Shown here: one piece after another, positions 44,211 through 56,606 of the stretch | How positions within the stretch are numbered: position 1 is the stretch's first letter | Layout: each line of letters begins with the position of its first letter | Assembly: GCA_038087875.1 (NCBI GenBank) | Contig: CM075996.1 | Span: 1,862,001-1,926,000, forward strand | DNA length: 64,000 nt | Source of the DNA: Malacoraja senta | Taxonomy: Eukaryota | Direction: 5' to 3' | Notes under the pieces: model-generated | The model's database searches: none | Seen by the model: only the letters and a program-made list of their open reading frames with translations | Told to the model about the DNA's origin: nothing | Position numbers and translations under genes: made by a program

Positions 44211-45459
44211 CACTAACATATACTGTATGTCATGTTGTCACTTGTGGGCAGAGCACCAAGGCAAATTCCTTGTATGTGAATACTTGGCCAATAAACTTAT
44301 TCATTCATTCATACATACATACATGCATATATAGTCTGAAGAAGGGTCTTGACCTGAAACATCACCTATTCCTTCGCTCCATAGATGCTGCCTGACCCGC
44401 TTAGTTTCTCCAGCTTTTTTGTCTACCTTACATATATTCATACATAAGCCACATACATACATACATATATATATATACACACATATGCACGCACGCAAAC
44501 ATGCATATATACAGTTTATAAACAATTCTCCAAATTCTATGTACAACATGAATATCACTGTGTTAATGAACTAAAAGTTAACCGCCTTCACAGCCCTTCC
44601 TCATTCTTATACCACTGGAAAATATTTGTTTTGCACTTCTTCTGAAACTGAGTAATGTTTGTGCTTGGCTTGAGTTCCACATCCAAATCATTCCACTAAT
44701 TAACGGGCCGTTCACCGCCTTCACCACACGGTGCATTTGCTGCATTACTCCACCGCCCCACACGGTCCCGTGTACCGAGGTACAGTGAGATTCATTGTTG
44801 CGTACAGCTCAGTGCAACTAGCACTATCCATAAGCACTGATACATCTTCAGAGAAGCATCTCACATCCAGTAAATGTGTATAGCAGTGGCACACTGAGAC
44901 AGTGTACAGAGTCATAGGAACACAGGCCATTCGGCCCCTTCGAGCCAGCACCGCCATTCAATCTGATCATGGCTGATCATCCAAAATCAGTATCCACGTT
45001 CCTGCTTTTTCCCCATATCCCTTGATTCCGTTAGCCCCTAAGAGCAAAATCTAACTCTCTCTTGAAAACATCCAGTGAATTGGCCTCCACTGCCTTCTGT
45101 GGCAGAGAATTCCACAGATTCACAACTCTCTGGGTGAAGATGTTTTTCCGCATCTCAGTCCTAAATGGTCTACACCTTATTCTTAAACTGTGTGACCCCT
45201 GGTTCTGGACTCCCCCAACATGGGGGACATTTTTCCTGCATCTAGCCTGTCCAATCCCCTTTGGAATTTCATATGTTTCTATAAGACTGCCTCTCATCCT
45301 TCAGATTCTTCCGTTAGCCCTAAGAGCTAAATCTAATTCTCTCTTGCAAACATCTAGTGAATTGGCCTCCACTGCCTTCTGCGGCAGAGATAATTGTGTT
45401 TTGGGGGTTTGGGGTTGTTGAGTTTACTATTGGTGTTAACCGTTCTCTATCTCTGGCAG

Positions 45460-45646
45460 GTGACAAAGAAGGGGGAGGTGCTGAACATTCATAACCAGGT
45501 GACTGTGGTGACAGTGGGGGTGACATCCACAAGCCCCAACTTCTCCTCCCCAACGTCATGCTGCTTGCCCGGCCATTGGACTCCTTCTCGGAGATTACGT
45601 GTAGCTGCAAGGTGTCGACTGACCGATGCCCCATGGAACTCACCAG
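45460..45646 (+). CDS. GARIN/FAM71-family coding exon 2 (apparent 1-nt deletion near 45543)
   Basis: Pyrimidine tract + cAG (45458-45459), donor GTGAGG at 45647. Reads VTKKGEVLNIHNQVTVVTVGVTSTSPN, then after a frame change LLPNVMLLARPLDSFSEITCSCKVSTDRCPMELT(R), matching the family pattern K.GEV..VHN....VTVG..STSP..LP.VMLLARP...ELTR. The exon is 187 nt; 188 is needed for the phase-2 junction. Confidence 0.85.
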
Positions 45647-45682
45647 GTGAGGAGCCGGCACGCGAGGCCACCGAGGCACGGC

Positions 45683-46160
45683 CAGGTCAGGTCAGGTTAG
45701 GTTAGGTTAGGTTAGGCCAGGTCAGGTTAGGGAAGGCCAGGTCAGGTTAGACCAGGTCAGGGAAGGCCAGGTCAGGTTAGGCCAGGTCAGGTTAGGCCAG
45801 GTCAGGGAAGGCCAGGTCAGGTTAGACCAGGTCAGGGAAGGCCAGGTCAGGTTAGGCCAGGGCAGGGAAGGCCAGGTCAGGTTAGGCCAGGTCAGGGAAG
45901 GCCAGGTTAGACCAGGTCAGGTCAGGTCAGGTTAGACCTGGTCAGGTCAGGTTAGACCAGGCCAGACCAGGTCAGGTCAGGTTAGACCAGGTCAGGTCAG
46001 GTTAGACCAGGTCAGGTCAGGTTAGACCAGGCCAGGTCAGGTTAGACCAGGCCAGGTCAGGTCAGGTTAGACCAGGTCAGGTCAGGTTAGACCAGGTCAG
46101 GTCAGGTTAGACCAGGTCAGGTCAGGTTAAACCAGACCGGACCAGGTCAGGCCAGGTCAC
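45683..46160. repeat. Pentameric satellite mosaic (AGGTC/AGGTT/AGACC/AGGCC/AGGGA)
   Basis: Directly visible, starting ~35 nt into the intron. Confidence 0.92.
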
Positions 46161-47084
46161 ACCGAACGTAATGATACGTGTACAAGCATGGTGAGGTACA
46201 GCTACAATGACCATTTAGCTCACAGCAACATCACAGGCACATGGACACAGATACCTGTAGAAACGTGGTGTGTGCGTGTGACACGTGTGTGATGTGCATG
46301 TGACGTGTGTGTGCGATGTGGCGTGTGCGTGCGATGTGGCGTGTGCGTGCGATGTGGCGTGTGAGGTGTGCAAGTGCCGCGTGCATGTGAGACGTTCCTA
46401 GTACACACTAGGAATAATTCACAGAAGCCAATCAACCTACAAACCTGCACGCCTTTGGAGTGTGGGAGGAAACCGGAGCACCCGGAGAAAACCCACGCAG
46501 GTCACAGGGAGAAGGTACAAACTCCGTACAGACAGCACCCACAGTCAGGATCGAACCCGGGTCTCTGGCGCTGTGAGGCAGCAACTCTACCGCTGTAGAG
46601 GTTTGTTAGAGCATTCGGTGACGAGCTGAATCTCCTTAAACATCAAAGACGTTAGAGTGGTGTCATACCTCCATCATGATTACATCAATGTGCCCGGCCC
46701 AGGACAGTTATCCAAAATGTTAACCCCAGGAACTTGAAGCTGTGATCTATCTCCACTGCCGACCCCTCAGTGACAACTGCCGCCTTGTCCCCTGAAGTCA
46801 ACAATCATTTAAGTGATAGGAGCAGAATTAGGCCATTCAGCCCATCAAGTTGACCCTCAGGTACCTATTAAATCTTTCCCCTGAGGCACAGCACTAGTCA
46901 CTGGCCTCCAGCCCACAGGTCCAATTGCTCACGACTCCAGCATCTGCAGTTCCATGTGTCTGTCCCCAGTACAGGATCAGGTTATCTCTACCTGTCCCCT
47001 ATCCAAGGTCACAAGATAAGAACAGCATTAGGCTATTCGGCCCATCATCTCCATTCAATCACGGCTGATCCTGTACTGGGGACA

Positions 47085-47975
47085 GATGCTAGGAGACTGC
47101 AAGGTGACTTGGATAGGCTGGGTGAGTGGGCAAATGTTTGGCAGATGCAGTATAATGTGGATAAATGTGAGGTTATCCACTTTGGTGGCAAAAACAGGAA
47201 AGCAGACTATTATCTAAATGGTGGCCGATTAGGAAATGGGGAGATGCAGCGAGACCTGGGTGTCATGGTACACCAGTCATTGAAAGTAGGCATGCAGGTG
47301 CAGCAGGCAGTGAAGAAAGCGAATGGTATGTTAGCTTTCATAGCAAAAGGATTTGAGTATAGGAGCAGGGAGGTTCTACTGCAGTTGTACAGGGTCTTGG
47401 TGAGACCACACCTGGAGTATTGCGTACAGTTTTGGTCTCCAAATCTGAGGAAGGACATTATAGCCATAGAGGGAGTGCAGAGAAGGTTCACCAGACTGAT
47501 TCCTGGGATGTCAGGACTTTCATATGAAGAAAGATTGGATAGACTTGGCTTATACTCGCTAGAATTTAGGAGATTGAGAGGGGATCTTATAGAAACTTAC
47601 AAAATTCTTATGGGGTTGGACAGACTAGATGCAGGAAGATTGTTCCCGATGTTGGGAAAGTCCAGGACAAGGGGTCACAGCTTAAGGATAAGGGGGAAAT
47701 CCTTTAAGACCGAGATGAGGAAAAACTTTTTCACACAGAGAGTGGTGAATCTCTGGAACTCTCTGCCACAGAGGGTAGTTGAGGCCAGTTCATTGGCTAT
47801 ATTTAAGAGGGAGTTAGATGTGGCCCTTGTGGCTAAGGGGATCAGGGGGTATGGAGAGAAGGCAGGTACGGGATACTGAGTTGGATGATCAGCCATGATC
47901 ATATTGAATGACGGTGCAGGCTCGAAGGGCCGAATGGCCTACTCCTGCACCTATTTTCTATGTATCTATGTATCT
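47085..47975 (+). mobile_element. 5'-truncated CR1-clade LINE (HER1-like), young copy
   Basis: Uninterrupted RT C-terminal frame LQGDLDRLGEWA..WQMQYNVDKC..RPHLEYCVQFWSP..FFTQRVVNLWNSLP to stop 47879, plus the conserved 3' tail and (TATG/TCTA) microsatellite end. Confidence 0.92.
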
Positions 47976-48914
47976 ATCTCTCCCTCTCAACCCCATTCTC
48001 CTGCCTTCTCCCCATAACCCCTGACACCCGTCCGTACTGATCGAGAAATCCATTCATGGTCTTGTTGGTGTTGAGTGAGAGTTGGTTTTTGGGGTGGTGC
48101 CCCGCAACCAGGTGCTCCATCTCCCTCCCATCCGCTGACCCTTCCAGTGTTTGGAGTGTTTAATCTTTCCCCTGACTTAACTCCGGCCAGCTGCTGTTGT
48201 GCAAGTCAACCACTCGGTGGCAGCAACGAACTGTTACAGGACTTCATGCTTAAGAAAGTGCTTGAGATACTTACAAAATGCTGGAGTAACTCAGCGGGAC
48301 AGACAGCAACTCTGGATAGAAGGAATGGGAGACGTTTTGACATTTTAACAGTTCCCTGCTGTTATTAGACTCTTAAACCTCACTAATGCAAGGGATATAT
48401 CACTGATCCTCCAACCTACCTCGTTGCAGCACTTGCACTTTTTTAAATCTGCACTTTCTCTGTAGCTGTAACACTGTATTCTCCACACTTGTATATATTC
48501 TTTGTTGCACTGCCTGATAGAGTCATAGAGCCCGTTGGCCCAACTTGCCCACGCCGACCAACATGTCCCATCTACACAAGTCTCACCTGCCAGCGTTTGG
48601 CCCATATGAGTTCAGTAATTCAGTGGATCAGGCAGCGTCTCTCGAAGACATGGCTCGGTGACGTTTCAGCTTGAGACTCTTCTTCACATTGAAGTGTTAT
48701 CTGAAACATTGTCCATTCCCTCCAGAGATTCTGCCTGACCCACCGAGTTACTCCAGCATTTTGTGTTCTATGCAAGTCCACAACCAGAGAGCAGTGCTGA
48801 ACTACTATCTACCTCATTGGTGACCCTCGGACTATCCTTGATTGGACTTTACTGGCTTTACCTTGCACTAAACATTATTTCCTTGTCATGTATCTGTACA
48901 CTGTAAATGGCTCG

Positions 48915-49222
48915 GTTTAGTTTAGTTTAGAGATGGGGCGCGGAAACAGGCCCTTCGGCCCACCGGGTCCGCGCCGACCAGCGATCCCTGCACATTAACA
49001 CTATCCTACACACACTAGGGACAATTTTTACATTTACCGAGCCAATTAGCCTACAAACCTGTACGTCTTTGAAGTGTGGGAGGAAACTGAAGATCTCGGA
49101 GAAAACCCACGCAGGTCACGGGGAGAACGTACAAACTCCGTACAGACAGCACCCGTAGTCGGGATCGAACCCGGCATTCGCTGTAAGGCAGCAACTCTAC
49201 CGCTGTGCCACCGTGACTGCCC
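48915..49222 (-). mobile_element. Near full-length V-domain SINE with (AAACT)n tail
   Basis: Minus strand reads gggcagtcacggtggcacagcggtagagttgctgcc..gggttcgatcccg..V core..gggccgaagggcctgtttccgcgc..ctaaactaaac. Confidence 0.85.
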
Positions 49223-49684
49223 AAAATGATTGTAATCATGTATTGTCTTTCTGCTGACTGGTTAGCAGGCAAGAAAAAGCTTTTCATTGTACCTCGGTAC
49301 ACGTGACAATGAACTAAACTAAACTGAAGATTCCAGCATCTACCGTTCCTTGTGTCCTCGTGGCTTCCTGACTCCTATACTCAAGGCCCCGAACCAAGGA
49401 GGGTAGGCACATCATGTTTTAGTTTAGTTTAATTTAATTTATTGTCACGTGTACCGAGGTACAGTGAAAAGCTCTATTGCGTGCTAACCAGCCAGCAGAA
49501 AGGCTATAGTAAGTAAGTAAGTTTATTGGCCAAGTATTCACATACAAGGAATTTGCCTTGGTGCTCCGCCCACAAGTAACAACATGACATACAGTGACAG
49601 TTACGAATGACTCAGAAAACACTAAACATTAAGAATAATAAAACATTAATGATAAAACACCATTGATCAAGCATGTGAACCAAC

Positions 49685-50740
49685 TTTTCACAATGGCAGG
49701 CAGTGACTAGTGGGGTACCGCAAGGCTCAGTGCTGGGACCCCAGCTATTTACAATTTATATTAATGATCTGGACGAGGGAATTGAAAGCAACATCTCCAA
49801 GTTTGCGGATGACACTAAGCTGGGGGGCAGTGTTAGCTGTGAGGAGGATGCTAGGAGACTGCAAGGTGACTTGGATAGGCTGGGGGAGTGGGCAAATGTT
49901 TGGCAGATGCAGTATAATGTGGATAAATGTGAGGTTATCCACTTGGTGGCAAAAACGGGAAGGCAGACTATTATCTAAATGGTGGCCGATTAGGAAATGG
50001 GGAGTGGGCAGCGAGACCTGGGTGTCATGGTACACCAGTCATTGAAAGTAGGCATGCAGGTGCAGCAAGCAGTGAAGAAAACGAATGGTATGTTGGCCTT
50101 CATAGCAAGAGGATTTGAGTATAGGAGCAGGGAGGTTCTACTGCAGTTGTACAGGGTCTTGGTGAGACCACACCTGGAGTATTGCGTACAGTTTTGGTCT
50201 CCAAATCTGAGGAAGGACATTATAGCCATAGAGGGAGTGCAGAGAAGGTTCACCAGACTGATTCCTGGGATGTCAGGACTTTCATATGAAGAAAGACTGG
50301 ATAGACTTGGCTTATACTCGCTAGAATTTAGGAGATTGAGAGGGGATCTTATAGAAACGTACAAAATTCTTATGGGGTTGGACAGGCTAGATGCAGGAAG
50401 ATTGTTCCCGATGTTGGGGAAGTCCAGGACAAGGGGTCACAGCTTAAGGATAAGGGGGAAATCCTTTAAGACCGAGATGAGGAAAAACTTTTTCACACAG
50501 AGAGTGGTGAATCTCTGGAACTCTCTGCCACAGAGGGTAGTTGACGCCAGTTCATTGGCTATATTTAAGAGGGAGTTAGATGTGGCCCTTGTGGCTAAAG
50601 GGATCAGGGGGTATGGAGAGAAGGCAGGTACGGGATACTGAGTTGGATGATCAGCCATGATCATATTGAATGGCGGTGCAGGCTCGAAGGGCCAAATGGC
50701 CTACTCCTGCACCTATTTTCTATGTATCTATGTATCTATG
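49685..50740 (+). mobile_element. 5'-truncated CR1-clade LINE with RT catalytic motif, frameshifted
   Basis: SGVPQGSVLGPQLFTIYINDLD..SKFADDTKLGG; continues in a shifted frame to stop 50641; nearly identical to 47085-47975. Confidence 0.92.
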
Positions 50741-51413
50741 TAACAAAATACCAGATCAAAGGCAGGCTACAGATTTTTGGCTGTTGAGTAGAGCAACTAC
50801 TTGTGGATAAAAACTGTTTTTATGTCTGGCTGTGGCAGCTTTGACAGTCCGAGTCAATATGTGAATAATCAGCCGGTCACAGTTCAGTCTAGTTTATTGT
50901 CACGTGTACCGAGGTACAGTGAAAAGTTTTTTGTTGCGTGCTAACCAGTCAGCGGAAAGACAAGACATGATTACAATCGAGCCGTTCACAGTGTGCAGAG
51001 AGATTTAAGAGTGTGGGGAGATTGTAATCTAAGTTTGTAGATCTGCTTCTGTGGCTAGCGGGCATGTGCTTGAGATGCTTACAAAATACTGGAGTAACTC
51101 AGCGGGACGGAGACAGCAACTCTGGATAGAAGGAATGGGTGACGATTTGACATTTTAACATTTCCCTGCTGTTATTAGACTCTTAAACCTCACTTATGCA
51201 AGGGATATATCACTGATCCTCCAACCAACCTCGTTGCAGCACTTGCACTTTTTTAAATCTGCACTTTCTCTGTATCTGTAACACTATATTCTGCACACTT
51301 GTATATATTCTTTGTCGCACTGCCTGATAGAGTCATAGAGTACTGGGCTGGGCGCCATCTTGAGTGAAGGTGTTGTTTGTGAATTAACGGCCAGCCCCCG
51401 GTTTCTCTGCCAG

Positions 51414-51712
51414 GCTCTTCCCCCTGAGCTTCGTCAACATCTCCATCCATGACGTCTACAACCGGCGGTTGAGGTTGAAGCTGGCCAATGGCCGGGCCTT
51501 CTACCTCCAGCTCTACATCCACCCAGAGTGCGAGAACGAGGTGTTTGAGCGCTGGATGAAGCTGGTGAACTTGCTCCGCACCAGCCCCGAGGAGGTTGTA
51601 CGGATACGAGGCCGTGACGCCCGAGATCGAGTGCATCCTGGAGCAGGCCAGCGCAGAGACCTCGGCTACTGAACTCTCCGAGTGGCAACTGGAACCCCCT
51701 GAGATGTCACCG
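51414..51712 (+). CDS. GARIN/FAM71-family coding exon 3 (DUF3699 core; apparent 1-nt insertion near 51595)
   Basis: Acceptor tttctctgccAG (51412-51413), phase 2 completing R. Encodes LFPLSFVNISIHDVYNRRLRLKLANGRAFYLQLYIHPECENEVFERWMKLVNLLR, matching the family pattern LLPLKFVKISIHD....LRLKLATGRSFYLQL...F..W.KL..LLR. This frame stops at TGA 51670-51672; the shifted frame (LYGYEAVTPEIECILEQ...EMSP) runs to a GTAGGT donor at 51713. Confidence 0.85.
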
Positions 51713-51978
51713 GTAGGTCCACGTCCTTCTGCCTTTGGCAGACTACGGGAGATTGGGATGAAGGGGAGGGTAGGGAGAGTAGAACCAGAAACTGGAAAGT
51801 GGAACCATCTCCTTACACCTATATCCCTCCCTCTGGCCTGACATTTCATGCCCTTCTCTCCTTCTCGGGCTCTTGTTGGGCAGAAGGTACAGAAGCTTGA
51901 AAGCGCGCACCAGCAGACTCAGGAACAGCTTCTTCCCCTCTGTTATCAGGCTTCTGAACGGTCCTTCCATAAGCTTCC

Positions 51979-52570
51979 GCAGTTGTACAGAGCCCTAGTG
52001 AGACCACACCCGGAGTATTGTGTGCAGTTTTGGTCCCCTAATTTGAGGAAGGACATTCTTGCTATTGAGAGAGTGCGACGTAGGTTTACAAGGTTAATTC
52101 CCGGGATGGCGAGACTGTCAAATGCTGAGAGAATGGAGCGGCTGGGCTTGTACACTCTGGAGTTTAGAAGGATGAGAGGAGATCTCATTGAAACATATAA
52201 GATTGTTAAGGGCTTGGACACGCTAGAGGCAGGAAACATGTTCCCGATGTTGGGGGAGTCCAGAACCAGGGGGCACAGTTTAAGAATAAGGAGTAAGCCA
52301 TTTAGAACGGAGACGAGGAAACACTTTTTCTCACAGAGTGGTGAGTCTGTGGAATTCTCTGCCTCAGAGGGCGGTGGAGGCAGGTTCTCTGGATGCTTTC
52401 AAGAGAGAGCTAGATAGGGCTCTTAAAAATAGCGGAGTCAGTGGATATAGGGAGAAGGCAGGAACGGGGTACTGATTGGGGATGATCAGCCATGATCACA
52501 TTGAATGGCGGTGCTGGCTCGAAGGACCAAATGGGCTACTCCTGCACCTATTGTCTATTGTCTATTGTCT
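51979..52570 (+). mobile_element. CR1 LINE 3' fragment (second subfamily, (TATTGTC)n tail)
   Basis: LYRALVRPHPEYCVQFWSP..RMRGDLIETYKIVKGLDTLEAG. Further CR1 3' fragments (of either tail type) at about 1-190, 4570-4960, 13015-13275, 15790-16240, 21218-21670, 22228-22585, 23818-24195, 25322-25632(-), 25838-26165, 31160-31530(-), 36165-36580, 43350-43728(-), 44915-45390(-), 52960-53400 and 53620-53922(-). Confidence 0.85.
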
Positions 52571-54364
52571 AAGCTGGGGTACTGTCCGATTCACCTCCAC
52601 CCCATTGCGGACATTGGACTTTGTCTCTGGAACTGATGCGCTACAATGCTGAGAACTATATCCTGCACTCTGTATCTTCCCCTTTGCTCTGCCTACTGTA
52701 CTTGAGTTTGGTCTGATTGTATTTATGTGAGGAATATCTGATCTGTTTGCATGCAAAACAAAGCTTTGCAAGTCGAACTCAAGTACAATGGGTGGAGCGG
52801 AAAGCAAGATATAACAGACCCCTTTAAGACGGATTTTGGATATGGTGGACGGAGCTGCCGACCCACCCACCCACCATCTCCCCGGCCACTTGGAGCCCTG
52901 GATTCCGAAGCCACTCCTGGCTTGTGAGGTCGCTCAGAGCCCTTCTTCACCACCGCATGGTTTGACAGCACTGGGCCTGTACTCGCTGCAGTTTAGATGG
53001 TTGAGGGGGGACACCTCATTGAAACTTACAGAATAATGAAAGGCGTAGATAAGAGTGGATGTGGAAATGACGTTTCCACTGGTGGGAGAGTCAAGGACCA
53101 GAGGTCACAGCCTCAGAATTAAAAGGCGCTCTTTTAGAAAGGAGGTGAGGAGGAACCTCTTTAGTCAGAGGTTGGTTAATCTGTGGAACTCATTGCCACA
53201 AGAGGGCTGTGGAGGCCAAAGTCAGTGGATATTTTAAAGGCAGAGATGGATTTTTTTAAATTCTTCATTAGAACGGGTGTCAAAGGTTATGGGGAAAGGC
53301 AGGAAAATGGGATTAGGAGGCAGAGCTCGGCCATGATTGAATGGCGGAGTGGACTCGATGGGCCGAATGGCCTGATTCTACTCCTATACCTTGTGAACTT
53401 GTGATAGCGCTTTCTTCAGGCCACCGCAACTGGCAGTACACGCTTGGACACCCTGGGGCTCCCTCCCCTCTCACCTTCTGCTGCTTCTTCCAGTTCGCCA
53501 TTGCTTTGTCCACTCCTCAGTCCACCTGCTCCTCTTCCCGTCGCTCCGTCCACTCCTGACCTCTCATTGTGTCACATGAACCTTTGAAGAAAAGTCCACA
53601 TTAGTGCAAGAGGTCATAAGTGTAAGGAGTAGAATTAGGCCATTCGGCCCATCAAGTCTACTCTGCCATTCAATCATGGCTGATCTATCTCTCCCTCCTA
53701 ACCCCATTCTCCTACCTTCTCCCATAACCTCTGACACCCGTACTAATCAAGAATCTATCTATCTCTGCCTTAAAAATATCCACTGACTTGGCCTCCACAG
53801 CCGTCTGTGGCAAATAATTCCATAGATTCACCACCCTCTGACTGAAGAAAATTCTTCTCATCTCCTTCCGAAAAGAACGTCCTTTAATTCTGAGGCTGTG
53901 CCCTCTGGTCCTAGACTCTCCCAAAGGTGGTCCGTTATGTTCCGTGTCGAGGTAGGAATTAGGGTTCTGCGGATCGGTTCAAGAACCTGATGGTTGTAGG
54001 AAAGTGCAGGAAGGAACTTCAGATCCTGGTTTAACCCGAAGATAGACATGAAAAGCTGGAGGTGGTAACTCAGTGAGACAGGCAGCACCTCTGTAGAGAA
54101 AGAATGGGTGACGTTTCGGGTCGAGACGTCAGAAGAAGGGTCTGGACCCGAAACGTCACCCATTCCATTCCTTCTCTCCAGAGATGCTGCCTGTCCCGCT
54201 GAGTTACTCCCTCCAGCTTTTTGTGTCTGTCTCCGGTTGTAGGGAAGTGGGCTGTCCCCTGAACATGGTGCGGTTCCTACAACTTGTGGACTAACTTTTC
54301 TCTCCCCCCACCTTCCTCCCCCTGTCCCTGGCCTGGTGTGATATCGGGGCAACGCTGAGCCCAG

Positions 54365-54626
54365 GGCATGAGGGAGTTCTACGAGCCAGCCGGGCGAGCA
54401 GCAAGAAGAGTGAGAAGAGCGAAAAGAGCAAGAAGGGCAAGCCGGGCGAGAAGGGCGAGAAGGGCGACAGGACGGAGAAGGCCGAGAAGCCGGAAGACTG
54501 CAGCGAGAGGACCCAGAGCCGGAGGAGCAAGAAGAGCGCTTCCAGCAAAGCCGGCGAGAGCGAGGGGGAGACCGAGAGCATTCCCGACTTCACCCAGGAG
54601 CAAGAGCCCTGGCCCCGCGTCGATAT
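54365..54626 (+). CDS. GARIN-like gene, downstream K/E/S-rich exon (5' boundary uncertain)
   Basis: Branch-like CTAAC and a long pyrimidine tract at ~54291-54330; open frame HEGVLRASRASSKKSEKSEKSKKGKPGEKGEKGDRTEKAEK...EPWPRVD; donor GTGGGT at 54627 (phase 2), compatible with the next micro-exon. The exact acceptor (54359 or 54364) and the link to exon 3 are unresolved. Confidence 0.6.
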
Positions 54627-54714
54627 GTGGGTACCCCCCCCCCCCCCAACCCTCCGCGTGCAGTGACGAGTACAGCGGAGAGCAGAGTGTGAAATGTAGA
54701 GATCGTAGGACAGA

Positions 54715-54860
54715 GCGTAAATCGTAGAGTACAGCCTAGAGCAGAATGTTTAATCGTAGAGTACAGCCTAGAGCAGAATGTAAATCGTAGGGAGTCGAGC
54801 CTAGAGCAGAAGGGGAAACGTAGAGATCGTAGAACAGAAGGTAAATCGTAGAGAGTAGAG
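54715..54860. repeat. Degenerate ~30-bp minisatellite aatcgtagagtacagcctagagcagaatgt
   Basis: 4-5 diverging tandem units. Confidence 0.75.
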
Positions 54861-55134
54861 CGTACAGCATGAAACAGGACATAAAACAGAGAACATACCA
54901 AGTAGAACGTTGTACAATAGGCGATATATCAATCATTATTTGTGCACAATGTCACAATGCAAATTTCAAGAGAGAACTAGACAGAAGTCTCAAAGATAGG
55001 GGAGTCAGGGGATATGGGGAAAAGGCAGGAACGGGGTACTGATTGGGGATGATCAACCATGATCACATTGAATGGCGGTGCTGGCTCGAAGGGCCGAATG
55101 CCCTACTCCTGCACCGATTGTCTATTGTCTCTTA

Positions 55135-55531
55135 ACCTCCATTGGTCTTTGGACGCCCTGTGCGTAGGGGAGAGGGTAGGGCTGAAGATGTCCTGGTTGG
55201 GTTGCTCCTAGGCCTGGCCAAGCCGGCCATCCGCGAGTCACGGCGCCTGGCGGAAGAGGGCTCTGCCCGAGCCGGCTGCCTGCCCCTTTTCCCGGGTTAC
55301 GTCCGCACCTGGGTGGGGTTGGAGAGGGACTGCCCGCACCCTGGGGGATTTCCGGGACCGATGAGTACCGCGGGGGGTGGAGTGCATCCTTAATAAGGAT
55401 GGGGAAATAGTTATTTAAGAATATTTGTTTTTCTTGTACTATGGTGGTGGGTTTTGTTTTGAATTGTTTAGCATTGTAAATAGTATTCTAAATGCTTGAA
55501 TAAATCTATTTTGGCTTATTTTAAAAAAAAA
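55135..55531 (+). mobile_element. Tx1/L1-like LINE 3' fragment
   Basis: VFGRPVRRG..EDVLVGLLLGLAKPAIRESR resembles Tx1-type ORF2 ends; AATAAA and an A-tract at the 3' end. Confidence 0.5.
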
Positions 55532-55548
55532 TGATCTTTGCCCAACAG

Positions 55549-55574
55549 GCCACAGCCAAAGAAGAAGACTCGAG
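55549..55574 (+). CDS. GARIN-like gene, 26-nt micro-exon (M)PQPKKKTR(G)
   Basis: ctttgcccaacAG acceptor and GTATGG donor; phase 2 in and phase 1 out exactly bridge the flanking exons in frame. Confidence 0.65.
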
Positions 55575-56606
55575 GTATGGCATTTGATTGAGACTGAGAT
55601 CAAATTCAGTTTAGTTTAGTTTAGAGATACAGTGCGGAAACGGGCCCTTCGGCCCCTCGGGTCCGCGCCGACCAGCGATCCCCACAAATCAACACACGCT
55701 AGGGACAATTTTTACATTTACCAAGCCAATTTACCTGCATACCTGTATGTCATTTTGAGTGTGGGAGGTAATCGAAGATCTCGGAGGAAACCCACGCAGG
55801 TCATGGGGAGAACGTGCAAACTCCATAACGACAGCACCCGTAGTCGGGATCGAACCCGGGTCTCTGACACTATAAGGCAGCAACTCGAACCAGCGATCAT
55901 TCCGTACACCAGCACCATCCTACACACTAGAGACAATTTACGATTCGCAGAGGCAAATTTACCTACAAACCTGCACGTCTTTGGAGTGCGGGAGGAAACC
56001 GGAGCACACATACAAAACCCAGGCAGGTCACGGGGAGAAGGTACAAACTCCGTACAGACAGCACCCGTTGTCAGGATCGAACCCGGATCTCTACCGCTGC
56101 GCCACCGTTCCACTCCTCTATTTAGGTTAATTGTGGTGTTGAAATCAGTTTTACCCATTAACAGACTGGTGTAGTTGCTCAGAATCAGAATCAGAATCAC
56201 ACTTTATTCGCCAAGTACGTTTTGCAACATGCGAGGAATTTCATTGGCCAGGTCTGGTGCCTCATAGCACCAGAGACTCTGACTGTGTGGAATTTGCACG
56301 TTCTCCCCGTGACCTCGTGGGTTTCCTCTGGGTGCGCCGGTTTCCTCCCACATCTGAAAGATATGTGGGTTTGGAGTTTAATTGTCTTCTGTAAATGCAC
56401 CCTGGTGTGCAAGGAGTGGATGGGAAAGTGGGATAACATAGAACTTGAGTGCCCGATGGTCGGCCCAGAATTGGTGGGCATAATAGCCAGCTCCCACGCT
56501 GTATTTCTAAGCTAAACCAAACAAGACAGCGAACCATTTTATGCCACCAATTAAGTTCTGGAACATCTTGTGATACTTGAGCAAATTTCTTTGTGTTTCT
56601 TCACAG

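Noticed and set aside
45700..45720. Interstitial telomeric repeat
   Set aside because: The unit is pentameric (TTAGG/TCAGG), not vertebrate TTAGGG.
46956..47879. 307-aa ORF as a host gene
   Set aside because: It is the C-terminal part of CR1 ORF2 fused by chance to upstream intron sequence.
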